From positions 1 to 27,247 of IMG/VR virus record IMGVR_UViG_3300005517_000038: DNA of 27,247 nucleotides; one strand, 5' to 3'. The DNA is from a virus (Duplodnaviria > Caudoviricetes). The first letter of the stretch is position 1, and every line of letters begins with the position of its first letter. A model generated the notes under the pieces. That model did not search any database. It had not been told where the DNA came from and saw only the letters and a list, made by a program, of their open reading frames with translations. Shown here piece after piece: positions 1 through 7,365 of the stretch. The position numbers were made by a program, and so were the translations under genes.

Positions 1-52
1 GAAACACTATCTAAATATGTAAACGATATAGTGCTCTCCTTATTAAAGTCTA

Positions 53-739
53 TTGAAAAGTAAAAACCTAAATGTAATAATGATTATGAAAACACAAGAA
101 CAATTAAAGACAGAGCTATATGCTCCACTACCTGCTGAGGCAATCAAACCTCACCCTACTAAAACATTCCTAAGCACCATCAAGCCTATCTACATTACAG
201 ATAGAATGAATGAGGTGTTCGGTATTGGGCAATGGCAGACAAGAACAGAGAACATATTAGTTAATGACAACGGAACCGTAGTTAACAAAGTTGTATTCAC
301 AGTACCTGAGTACAATATCTACTACGAGTGCTTCGGTGGTAATGACAATGGTGGCTCAGGCTCCAAAGGTTTTGACCTTGGTGATGCATTCAAGGGTGCA
401 ACTACAGATGCCCTTAACAAGATTGCTAGTTACTTAGGTATTGGTATTGATGTGTATCGTGGCAAGCAGTCACACGCAACAAACAATTACTCTAAGCCTG
501 CACCTGCACCTATGCAACCAAGCAAATCTTTTGATGATAGTGCTGAACGCAAAGCAAAGGCTCTCGGAGCTCTTAAGGTTGCAGATAAGGTAGCTACCGT
601 GAAAGGGTTGATAGCTCAACAGAAAGCATTTAAAGGTACTCCTGAAGGAAAAGACTTCCAAAGTGGTGCAAGCCTAGATGATGTAGTTAAGAACAATAGT
701 ATTGAATTAGTTGGAGCATTTTATAATTTCGTAAAGTAA
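53..739 (+). CDS. Rad52/Rad22 (Sak-like) single-strand annealing recombinase; true start probably ATG at 80 or 86
   Basis: Motifs 'IYITDRMNEVFGIGQW' and 'KGATTDALNKIASYLGIGIDVY' match the Rad52/Sak core, followed by a Pro/Ala-rich linker and a C-terminal domain. Confidence 0.8.
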   Translation: MKSKNLNVIMIMKTQEQLKTELYAPLPAEAIKPHPTKTFLSTIKPIYITDRMNEVFGIGQWQTRTENILVNDNGTVVNKVVFTVPEYNIYYECFGGNDNGGSGSKGFDLGDAFKGATTDALNKIASYLGIGIDVYRGKQSHATNNYSKPAPAPMQPSKSFDDSAERKAKALGALKVADKVATVKGLIAQQKAFKGTPEGKDFQSGASLDDVVKNNSIELVGAFYNFVK

Positions 740-1398
740 TGTATTATACCGATGAGAATAAGTTCACGGAGGATGAACGTGAAGCGATGGATGGATTAGC
801 TAGAGTGGTAGCCTTTGTATGTGAGATATCATACGAGGCTATTCGCTCTGCCTCACGCAAGAGACCTGTTACAGATGCTAAGAAGATAGCTTGTAAGTAT
901 GCGTATGACAACATACCTAACTCCAAGCTTATTTGTGAGAAGAACTTGGCTTTGTGTTCTTGGTACTTTAAGCAAGACCACGGAACCATTCACTACACCA
1001 TATCAAAAGCACAAGAGTTGTATGAGACCGAGCCTAACTTTGCAAAGTTATATGATGCTGTTGTTAATATAGTAGATAACCCTGAGTACGAGCCTGACTT
1101 TACATACACCGATTTGTATAAAGGTCAGACAGATTGGGAGGGTGTTCGTATGAATATCAATGAAAGGCATTGGGCTAGATACAGATGTATGCCTCAGTAT
1201 GTTAAGGATGATATTGTATTGCTGTTTAACAAGGGTTATGGTGAGCTCTCCATAGCTAAAAAGGTACAAACTACTTTTGATTTCATTAACTACTTCATCA
1301 AGAGAGAGGGCCTGAAGAAAGATAAGATGGCCAAGATAAGAAAGGCTATGAAGAGAAAGAGAGATAAGTTTGGATTCAGTGAACTAGCAGTATACTAG
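739..1398 (+). CDS. Protein with a DnaA C-terminal (domain IV)-like HTH and a possible second HTH
   Basis: 'IRSASRKRPVTDAKKIACKYA...FKQDHGTIHYTISKAQELYETEPNFAKLY' resembles the DnaA domain IV pattern (R.R....AR.IAMYL...RDHTTV). No AAA+ domain. TAATG coupling to the upstream gene. Confidence 0.7.
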   Translation: MYYTDENKFTEDEREAMDGLARVVAFVCEISYEAIRSASRKRPVTDAKKIACKYAYDNIPNSKLICEKNLALCSWYFKQDHGTIHYTISKAQELYETEPNFAKLYDAVVNIVDNPEYEPDFTYTDLYKGQTDWEGVRMNINERHWARYRCMPQYVKDDIVLLFNKGYGELSIAKKVQTTFDFINYFIKREGLKKDKMAKIRKAMKRKRDKFGFSELAVY

Positions 1399-1425
1399 AA
1401 ACGGTATTTGTGTAAAATGGTTAAG

Positions 1426-1453
1426 TGCGAGGTAAAAAAGCCTCGCATTTTTT
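1426..1453 (+). terminator. Intrinsic terminator
   Basis: TGCGAGG-N8-CCTCGCA followed by T6, just after the 739..1398 stop. Confidence 0.7.
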
Positions 1454-1466
1454 ATTATATTAGTCT

Positions 1467-1898
1467 ATGAAATTAAAAGAGTGTAGCATCTGCCACAAGG
1501 AAACAATACTATGGAAGGCAAACCCTAAGGCTTGTAAGGAATGTTGGCTTAAATACAAGGCTTCTGAGACACTATCTCAACCGAAGACATACAATGTATC
1601 CAAAACGAAACAAAGTCCCGCATATCGCATTAAAAGTGTGTCTACGAAGAAGCTATCTGAATTGAATGATTATAGGGTGGTTAGGGATGGGTATTTAGAT
1701 ACTCATAAGGTTTGTGAGCATCCCGAGTGCAGTAATCCTTCTGAGGACTTGCACCACGCTAAGGGAAGGGTAGGTAGTTTGCTCACCGATGTGAGGTACT
1801 TTAGGGCATTGTGTAGGAAATGCCATAGGTGGGTAGAAGAAAACCCCACCGATTCTAAATCAATGGGGTTAAGTTTTAGTAGGCTCGATATAGATTAG
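1467..1898 (+). CDS. HNH-family endonuclease-like protein with N-terminal zinc finger
   Basis: CxxC...CxxC at the N-terminus; 'CEHPEC...DLHHAKGR...ALCRKCHRWVEENP' HNH-like C-terminus. Confidence 0.7.
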   Translation: MKLKECSICHKETILWKANPKACKECWLKYKASETLSQPKTYNVSKTKQSPAYRIKSVSTKKLSELNDYRVVRDGYLDTHKVCEHPECSNPSEDLHHAKGRVGSLLTDVRYFRALCRKCHRWVEENPTDSKSMGLSFSRLDID

Positions 1899-2143
1899 TT
1901 CCAAAGTTCTTCTAGGACTTTCTCTACATCCTCCTTGAGGTCATCAATGTCAGAGCCTACGTTCCGCTCTAGGATACGGAAGGCATTGTTACTTGCTCCC
2001 CGTAGCTTTGCTAGTTTGTCATCTAGCTTACCTGCATCAGCATCTCTGCTCTCCCTCATCTCGAGGACTGCTACCTCTAGGTTATCCTTGAGCAGTTGTG
2101 TTAGCACGTAGGATAGTGCTAGGGCTTTCTCTTTAGCGTTCAT
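1895..2143 (-). CDS. Hypothetical protein (82 aa)
   Basis: ORF in a tightly packed minus-strand cluster; overlaps its neighbour. Confidence 0.7.
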   Translation of the reverse strand: MNAKEKALALSYVLTQLLKDNLEVAVLEMRESRDADAGKLDDKLAKLRGASNNAFRILERNVGSDIDDLKEDVEKVLEELWN

Positions 2144-2369
2144 AGTCCGAAATCTTTTTTAGTAATAATTCTCCTACCTCTAGCCAATAATCGTATCTTC
2201 CACTATCTAGGCTATGTAGCAGGGATTCTTCTGCTCTCCCGATGGCATACTCTTTTGCTATTAGTAGCCCTATAACTAGGTGTGAGCCATTGAATATAAT
2301 CGTATTGAATACCTCTGCTTTCTTGCAGTTTATTGCTTCTAGTTCGTCTGCTTTTTCTTTTGGTGTCAT
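2133..2369 (-). CDS. Hypothetical protein, MTPKEKA...YWxEV type
   Basis: ORF packing; shares motifs with 2377..2598. Confidence 0.7.
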   Translation of the reverse strand: MTPKEKADELEAINCKKAEVFNTIIFNGSHLVIGLLIAKEYAIGRAEESLLHSLDSGRYDYWLEVGELLLKKISDYER

Positions 2370-2376
2370 ATCATTT

Positions 2377-2598
2377 TTATTTTTCGTATTCCCACATTAA
2401 TTCGGTGTAATTATTATCTCTTAAGTTCTCAATAACTTCATCCCAATACTTAACTCTATCCTCACTCTGTGCTTCATCTCTTGCTATAGCTGCACACATC
2501 CAAGCGGATGAAATCGCATTTACATAGGTTGAATTTAGGATTCTGAAATCTTTTGCCATTTGCCAAGATTTTTCTTTTGGTGTTAATTTTTTGTTCAT
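2377..2598 (-). CDS. Hypothetical protein, probable paralog of 2133..2369
   Basis: 'LTPKEKS' and 'YWDEV' motifs; ATGA overlap with the upstream gene. Confidence 0.7.
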   Translation of the reverse strand: MNKKLTPKEKSWQMAKDFRILNSTYVNAISSAWMCAAIARDEAQSEDRVKYWDEVIENLRDNNYTELMWEYEK

Positions 2599-3029
2599 AT
2601 CATTTTCTTAATTAGGTTTACATATTGTTTGTTCTCTGCGTAATTCTCGTGAAGGTATCTAAGGTACGCTCTACGGCTCTTTACTTTGGTGAGTACCTTA
2701 TCCTGCCAGAGTTTGTAGTCAACTACTGACTGCCTCCAAGAGGTATACTCAGCGTGGTTGTATTGCTCCCCGATAGCAGTAGTGCTACGTTGTCTAGGTA
2801 GCTTCATACCGAATAGGTTATGGTTATCTCTAAATACCTTCGAGGTAAAGTGTCCCGTCTCTATCTTGGCTTGAGCCATAACGATATCGGGGTACACTAT
2901 TCCTACCTCGTTCATTGTCTTTAACATATTAGTCGTGGAGAATGGCATCTCTGCTCTCCGTGTGAAAGAAGCACTGCCTACCTCCAAGGAGATAGACAAT
3001 GCTATTAGTGTTAGGGTTATACATTTCAT
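2595..3029 (-). CDS. GH73-like (glucosaminidase/muramidase) peptidoglycan hydrolase with N-terminal hydrophobic/signal segment
   Basis: 'MAQAKIETG' (catalytic Glu), 'NHNLFGMK', 'YTSWRQSVVDY', 'YAENKQY' (YAxxxxY). N-terminus MKCITLTLIALSISL. Confidence 0.8.
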   Translation of the reverse strand: MKCITLTLIALSISLEVGSASFTRRAEMPFSTTNMLKTMNEVGIVYPDIVMAQAKIETGHFTSKVFRDNHNLFGMKLPRQRSTTAIGEQYNHAEYTSWRQSVVDYKLWQDKVLTKVKSRRAYLRYLHENYAENKQYVNLIKKMI

Positions 3030-3253
3030 TAATACTGCATTTGGTGAACATTCAGTTGCAACTTACTAAAGTCGGCAACCATATCAAAGTTATCCAAGAT
3101 GTAATTAACATCTACCTCTTCAGTGTACGGGATAACATCGGTGTCTTGTGTGTTTGTGTAGTACACAATGCAACCATCCTGCTCAAACTGAATGCGTACC
3201 TCGTACTCATTAGTTAGTTCTATTAGTTTGCTTCTATTGTTTCTCATAATCAT
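3029..3253 (-). CDS. Hypothetical protein
   Basis: ORF with TAATG coupling on both sides. Confidence 0.6.
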   Translation of the reverse strand: MIMRNNRSKLIELTNEYEVRIQFEQDGCIVYYTNTQDTDVIPYTEEVDVNYILDNFDMVADFSKLQLNVHQMQY

Positions 3254-3351
3254 TATTTTTTGTTGTTAAAAATTCCGTGAATAATATCTGATAGCATACT
3301 TGCAGTAAAACCGAAAGCAAATACGCATACGATAAAAAATAGTGTTTCCAT
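3253..3351 (-). CDS. Small membrane protein (32 aa, METLFFIVCVFAFGFTASMLSDIIHGIFNNKK); not in ORF track
   Basis: Translated by hand; fills the gap exactly; one hydrophobic helix. Confidence 0.6.
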   Translation of the reverse strand: METLFFIVCVFAFGFTASMLSDIIHGIFNNKK

Positions 3352-3352
3352 A

Positions 3353-3595
3353 TTACTTATTTGTTAGCATTGAGTTCATATTAAGGAATGAGTGTGACCT
3401 ATTAGAGGTCATACCCAAGTCCATTCGGTCGTAGTATTCGTTAACAAAGTCCCAAGCCACTCGGCTACTTATATCAGCCACGTACATCAAGGTACGCACG
3501 GCTACGGGTCGTTTGCTCTCCGAAGATACCATCTGTCTAAACTGCACTATACTCTTAGCATAGGTGAGCAGTTCATTGTATTGTAACTCGTTCAT
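3353..3595 (-). CDS. Hypothetical protein
   Basis: ORF packing, ATGA overlap. Confidence 0.65.
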   Translation of the reverse strand: MNELQYNELLTYAKSIVQFRQMVSSESKRPVAVRTLMYVADISSRVAWDFVNEYYDRMDLGMTSNRSHSFLNMNSMLTNK

Positions 3596-3822
3596 TTCAA
3601 AAGGTCGTTTATCTGCTCATCCATTTCAATATCATTACAAGTTGCTACATACATACCGAAACAAAATGCGGGGTATGTTAGAACGTATAACACATTATCG
3701 TATGGTGTTTTCTCTGCGACATACCTCTTGTACTTATTGTAGTCTTCCTTCAGGGATGAGTCTGCTCTTGACATAAAGAAGCTAAACTCATCTTGTATCT
3801 GCTCTAGGTTATCTCGTTTCAT
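3592..3822 (-). CDS. Hypothetical early protein
   Basis: ORF preceded by the AACCCTTAA motif. Confidence 0.7.
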   Translation of the reverse strand: MKRDNLEQIQDEFSFFMSRADSSLKEDYNKYKRYVAEKTPYDNVLYVLTYPAFCFGMYVATCNDIEMDEQINDLLK

Positions 3823-3840
3823 TGTTATTTGTTTAAGGGT

Positions 3841-4029
3841 TTAAAAGATTCTAATTAATATATTATTTGAATTGATATTCATATCGTTAAATTGCTCGGC
3901 AAATCCTTGCAATGACCATACGAGTCCGTTTTCTTCTGCAATATCTATCCATTGCTCATCGCTTACATTTCCCAAGTTTTCCAATTCGATATTGCTTACA
4001 TCAATACCATATACTCTGATTTCTTCCAT
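3841..4029 (-). CDS. Hypothetical acidic early protein
   Basis: ORF preceded by the AACCCTTAA motif. Confidence 0.7.
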   Translation of the reverse strand: MEEIRVYGIDVSNIELENLGNVSDEQWIDIAEENGLVWSLQGFAEQFNDMNINSNNILIRIF

Positions 4030-4144
4030 TGTTTTATTTGTTTAAGGGTTAAAAATAAATCAAGGCCTCTAACCTATTCGTATGTTTAATAGTTAACATA
4101 TAACCTACATTGTTTCATCGCCACTTATGTTATGGTGAAGAATA

Positions 4145-4312
4145 TTAGCTGACAATTTTAACATTGTAGCCCCATTCTTCGTAGGTCTTTATCCAGTATT
4201 CTAACTCTGCTATCTCAAAATACTTGTTCCAATCTTCACCACTATGGCTAAATTGTACTACGGGCTTCTGCCATCTGCCGAAGGTACCGAATCTAAAATG
4301 TATCTGCTTCAT
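4145..4312 (-). CDS. Hypothetical protein (55 aa, MKQIHFRFGTFGRWQKP...); not in ORF track
   Basis: Translated by hand; ATG lies 1 nt after the stop of 4314..4703. Confidence 0.6.
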   Translation of the reverse strand: MKQIHFRFGTFGRWQKPVVQFSHSGEDWNKYFEIAELEYWIKTYEEWGYNVKIVS

Positions 4313-4313
4313 A

Positions 4314-4703
4314 CTATCCGAATATTACCTCTTTTAAAAAAACCGTCTGAAGTATTACATCAGAGGTAACTGCATCGTCTCGCTCCTCTATCATATCTAC
4401 TAGGTGGCTTAACTCGGTGTTGGCTACACGCTCGTGAACATCTGCTAGAGTGATAATGTTATCCTCTTCGCTCTCAGCATCATATAGGTTCAACTCTCCG
4501 CCATCTCTCAGTATCTGCATAAGCACATCCTCGTAACAGATAGATTCATCTGGTTTAAGTGCCTCTAGGTTAGCCACTGCTTGTTCTCTATCTTTTTTCT
4601 TTTTCTTGATGTAAAGTCCGTAGCCTTGTACATAGTCTAGTCCGTTGCATAATGCGTTGTAAAAATACTCTTCTGATTCTTGTGGTGTTAAAATGATTTT
4701 CAT
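4314..4703 (-). CDS. Hypothetical acidic early protein
   Basis: 129-aa ORF ending 'DAVTSDVILQTVFLKEVIFG'; upstream motif variant. Confidence 0.75.
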   Translation of the reverse strand: MKIILTPQESEEYFYNALCNGLDYVQGYGLYIKKKKKDREQAVANLEALKPDESICYEDVLMQILRDGGELNLYDAESEEDNIITLADVHERVANTELSHLVDMIEERDDAVTSDVILQTVFLKEVIFG

Positions 4704-4719
4704 AATTTAAGGTTTTAAA

Positions 4720-4739
4720 GGGGGTGATTGCTCACCCCC
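4720..4739 (-). repeat. Intergenic GC hairpin A, copy 1 (GGGGGUGA-GCAA-UCACCCCC-UUU), weak terminator-like
   Basis: Perfect 8-bp stem with a GNRA loop on the minus strand; near-identical copy at 5003-5023. Confidence 0.75.
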
Positions 4740-4745
4740 AAGTGA

Positions 4746-4985
4746 TTAATCTTGTTTGTTAAGTTGTTTATCTTCAGCAGTATAATCTATGGCCAACCAT
4801 ATCTGCTCATACGTTGCTTCGTTTGTTAATGCACGATACAATACATCTTGGGCGGTTTCATCATCGCATACAAACTTGTTTTGCACATCTCCTACGCTCC
4901 ATAGGTTATCTACAAAATAGCCATTCTCTCTTAGTATTGATTTGGCCAATTGAATTTCGGTAAATTTAGTTTCTTGTGGTGTCAT
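4746..4985 (-). CDS. Hypothetical early protein
   Basis: ORF bracketed by the two hairpin A copies. Confidence 0.75.
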   Translation of the reverse strand: MTPQETKFTEIQLAKSILRENGYFVDNLWSVGDVQNKFVCDDETAQDVLYRALTNEATYEQIWLAIDYTAEDKQLNKQD

Positions 4986-5002
4986 ATCATTAAGGGTTTA
5001 AA

Positions 5003-5023
5003 GGGGGTGATTTGCTCACCCCC
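5003..5023 (-). repeat. Intergenic GC hairpin A, copy 2
   Basis: GGGGGTGA-N5-TCACCCCC. Confidence 0.75.
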
Positions 5024-5030
5024 ATAGTGA

Positions 5031-5402
5031 TTAAATATAAATTGTCTCCTGCTTTCCGTTATCGTAGTAAGCCTTCTGACCATTGTCTCTAGCTATACGC
5101 TCAGCCTCTTCTCGGGTGGTTACCTTGGTAGATACATCTAAGTATAACTCATCGTTCTCTACCCAAGCCCCGATAAAGTAGCGTTGGTTTGTTAGGCCAC
5201 CGCAGAGGATGTGTGCCTTCTCTTTAATGTAGGATGCAATGTGGTATTGCAAGCCCGTCATCCAATTCTGCTTAAGGATGGTCTCGTGGTCTGCTATGCT
5301 CACCATAAAGCCATCGGTAGGGTTAAGTTGTCCGTTCAGTAGGTTGTAACTTCCACCTCCGTTGTTAAGAATTGATTTTCTGAATTGAATTAAGTTACTC
5401 AT
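5031..5402 (-). CDS. Hypothetical phage protein (GGGSY...GFMVS...IGAW...LYLDVS...GQKAYYD)
   Basis: 123-aa ORF with a motif pattern typical of conserved early phage proteins; function unknown. Confidence 0.75.
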   Translation of the reverse strand: MSNLIQFRKSILNNGGGSYNLLNGQLNPTDGFMVSIADHETILKQNWMTGLQYHIASYIKEKAHILCGGLTNQRYFIGAWVENDELYLDVSTKVTTREEAERIARDNGQKAYYDNGKQETIYI

Positions 5403-5446
5403 AATTTTAGGTATCGGTTGGCCTATACTCCGAAAGGTTTTAGGGG

Positions 5447-5548
5447 TTATTTTTTAAGTGATTTGATAAAGATTGTAATTAATAAGCCGTAGAACAATAC
5501 CACGTTAAGGGCAAAGAATAGGGCTAAAATTGTTTTGATAGTTTCCAT
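5447..5548 (-). CDS. Small single-TM protein (33 aa); not in ORF track
   Basis: METIKTILALFFALNVVLFYGLLITIFIKSLKK, translated by hand. Confidence 0.6.
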   Translation of the reverse strand: METIKTILALFFALNVVLFYGLLITIFIKSLKK

Positions 5549-5552
5549 CGTG

Positions 5553-5699
5553 TTAGTTTTTAAAGGTGTTTTTAGGTTTGGTTTGTTTGCTTGGTTGTTT
5601 CTCTACTTGCTTTGCTCCCCAATCTATTAGGAAAGCAACGGCTAAGATACTAGTTATTACTACAAATGCAAATTCTGAGATTAAAATAAATTCTTTCAT
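5553..5699 (-). CDS. Small single-TM protein (48 aa); not in ORF track
   Basis: MKEFILISEFAFVVITSILAVAFLIDWGAKQ...; doubled AACCC(C)TTAA upstream. Confidence 0.6.
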   Translation of the reverse strand: MKEFILISEFAFVVITSILAVAFLIDWGAKQVEKQPSKQTKPKNTFKN

Positions 5700-5723
5700 T
5701 TTTAAGGGGTTAAGGGTTAATAA

Positions 5724-6014
5724 TTACTCGGCACATAGTGACCAAGACTCTTGTTTGTATAATTCATTTTTAGTTAGACCTAGGTAGCCTAGGATAAAGT
5801 TAGCCAACCTCGTGCGGGTGGTTTCCTTTGTGAGGTCATTAGAGCCTATCTGAGACACTAAGTAGCTAGGTGACATACCTAGTACCCGACTGCAAAACTT
5901 TGCGTCCTGCCCTAGGTAAAACGCTCTGTACGTGCCATCAGATTTTGTTAAGGTCAATGTCCAAGTGTGACCGAAGCCGTAGCTTCCACGTTCGATTTGA
6001 ATTGTTGCTTTCAT
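5724..6014 (-). CDS. Hypothetical early protein
   Basis: 96-aa ORF with upstream motif. Confidence 0.75.
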   Translation of the reverse strand: MKATIQIERGSYGFGHTWTLTLTKSDGTYRAFYLGQDAKFCSRVLGMSPSYLVSQIGSNDLTKETTRTRLANFILGYLGLTKNELYKQESWSLCAE

Positions 6015-6016
6015 TG

Positions 6017-6211
6017 TTACTTGTTTAAGGGTTTGATAGTTAGGTTAAGTTTACTCATTCGATGAGATGTTGTTCTATTGAATTGCTCATCGGTATCGTA
6101 TAGGATACCATTCTCGTAGATGTAGATAGTGCTACCATCTTCTGAGCATAGCACATCTTCTTTGCCGTTAGATAGACTCTCTATCTTTAGTAGCGTTAAG
6201 TCTTTGTTCAT
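6017..6211 (-). CDS. Hypothetical early protein
   Basis: ORF with upstream motif. Confidence 0.65.
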   Translation of the reverse strand: MNKDLTLLKIESLSNGKEDVLCSEDGSTIYIYENGILYDTDEQFNRTTSHRMSKLNLTIKPLNK

Positions 6212-6229
6212 AATTGTTAAGGGGTTTAA

Positions 6230-6255
6230 GTTAAGGGGAGCAGTTACGCTCCCCG
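6230..6255 (-). repeat. Intergenic hairpin B, copy 1 (26-nt exact repeat; 7-bp stem GGGGAGC/GCTCCCC)
   Basis: GTTAAGGGGAGCAGTTACGCTCCCCG, identical at 6989-7014. Confidence 0.85.
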
Positions 6256-6264
6256 TGTTAATGA

Positions 6265-6486
6265 TTAAACTAATTGTCTATGGCCTTCTGCATATTCTAT
6301 TTCGACAATGTGGCCTTCTTGTCTCTTCCACTCTACCCATTCTTTTAGGTCTTGGGCGAATACAAAGTTTCGTTTACTGCCATCATCCTCAATAATCCAA
6401 AAAGCACGCTTGCCATAATCTTCATTACCATAGTAATCTTGTCTAAGTTTGTAGTGCTCTTGGTAGTTGTCAATTGTTGTTTCCAT
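6265..6486 (-). CDS. Hypothetical early protein
   Basis: ORF with doubled upstream motif. Confidence 0.7.
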   Translation of the reverse strand: METTIDNYQEHYKLRQDYYGNEDYGKRAFWIIEDDGSKRNFVFAQDLKEWVEWKRQEGHIVEIEYAEGHRQLV

Positions 6487-6507
6487 TGTTTTAAGGGGTT
6501 TTAAGGG

Positions 6508-6681
6508 TTAAAAAAATAGTGCTATTGTGTTCTGCTCATCGTCTGATACCTCGATGCTTAGGCAGTCCTTAGAAGCTAGGATAAGTTTAGCTACCTCGAT
6601 AGCATCTTGCCTAGAGTAATTCGTTGCGTGGGTGTATACATCTCCATCGATGTCGGTCACCACAATGTTGTGTACTTTCAT
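6508..6681 (-). CDS. Hypothetical protein (57 aa, MKVHNIVVTDIDGDVY...); not in ORF track
   Basis: Translated by hand; AACCCTTAA upstream; directly downstream of hammerhead 2. Confidence 0.65.
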   Translation of the reverse strand: MKVHNIVVTDIDGDVYTHATNYSRQDAIEVAKLILASKDCLSIEVSDDEQNTIALFF

Positions 6682-6697
6682 AATTGTTAAGGGTTTT

Positions 6698-6747
6698 GGT
6701 TAATGCGCCCGTAGGCGTTTCGGATACTCAATCCTCGTCAGTTAACC
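6698..6747 (-). ncRNA. Hammerhead ribozyme, type I, variant cleavage triplet GCA
   Basis: Minus strand: GGUUAA CUGACGA GGAU-UGAGU-AUCC GAA A-CGCC-UACG-GGCG-C A UUAACC. All three stems and the CUGANGA/GAAA core are present; position 16.1 is C instead of U. Confidence 0.8.
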
Positions 6748-6973
6748 TATAGTAATCAGATTCGTAGAATTGTCTGTCCGAATCTTTGGCTTCTGCCTTG
6801 CAAGATTTCATCTCAGAGCGAAAGTCGAAAGCTAGGCTTCTAATTCCATACTCTGTTTCATCACCAACAAGCCCCCAATCTTGGGCTTCGGTTTCGTCTA
6901 GTGGCTCTATGTCCCAATTGATTAAAAAGTGGTTGAACATAGCTAATGCTTCTTGAAATTGTGTATTTTCCAT
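6728..6973 (-). CDS. Hypothetical acidic early protein whose 3' end overlaps hammerhead 2
   Basis: 81-aa ORF with upstream motif; last codons RLTDED* encode the ribozyme's 5' half. Confidence 0.7.
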   Translation of the reverse strand: MENTQFQEALAMFNHFLINWDIEPLDETEAQDWGLVGDETEYGIRSLAFDFRSEMKSCKAEAKDSDRQFYESDYYRLTDED

Positions 6974-6988
6974 AATTTTAAGGGTTTG

Positions 6989-7014
6989 GTTAAGGGGAGC
7001 AGTTACGCTCCCCG
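6989..7014 (-). repeat. Intergenic hairpin B, copy 2
   Basis: Exact copy of 6230-6255. Confidence 0.85.
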
Positions 7015-7022
7015 ATTAATTG

Positions 7023-7253
7023 TTAAAACATTTTAAATAGTAATTTACCATCTTTCCACCACTCGTGTATAAGTGGGTCATCATCTGTACCCAAATATAT
7101 CTCTACTTGGTCGTATCCTTTTAGAGATAATCTTTCGGCTTCTTTCCTTGCTGATTTTAATACTACTCGATTATACTCCTTATGAACGTACCATTGTCCG
7201 TTTGGTACTTCTTCAGCAGATTTTAATCGATAACTAATTGTTAGCTTTTCCAT
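7023..7253 (-). CDS. Hypothetical early protein
   Basis: ORF with doubled upstream motif. Confidence 0.7.
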   Translation of the reverse strand: MEKLTISYRLKSAEEVPNGQWYVHKEYNRVVLKSARKEAERLSLKGYDQVEIYLGTDDDPLIHEWWKDGKLLFKMF

Positions 7254-7298
7254 TTTGTTAAGGGTTTTAAGTTAAGGGGTTTAAGTTAATAAATTGAT

Positions 7299-7358
7299 TA
7301 CGCTGTGTAGCGTAGAACCTACTTGCTGAATCGAACAGCAATACAACCATTGTAGGTT
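7299..7358 (-). ncRNA. tRNA-like mini-element (acceptor-like stem plus T-arm) followed by a small hairpin
   Basis: AACCUAC-AAUGGUUGUA-UUGCUG-UUCGAUU-CAGCAA-GUAGGUU, then UACGCU-ACAC-AGCGUA. Canonical T-loop; no anticodon arm or CCA. Confidence 0.6.
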
Positions 7359-7365
7359 AGGGGCA

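Noticed and set aside
4051-4144. Intergenic hairpins or possible pistol-like pseudoknot
   Set aside because: AT-rich competing pairings; conserved pistol/twister nucleotides not found.
3117-7216. Minus-strand CUGAAGA at 3117, 4771 and 7210
   Set aside because: No downstream stem II plus GAAA; coding context.
7316-7358. True tRNA gene
   Set aside because: Only 43 nt with no anticodon arm or CCA; kept as a tRNA-like element instead.
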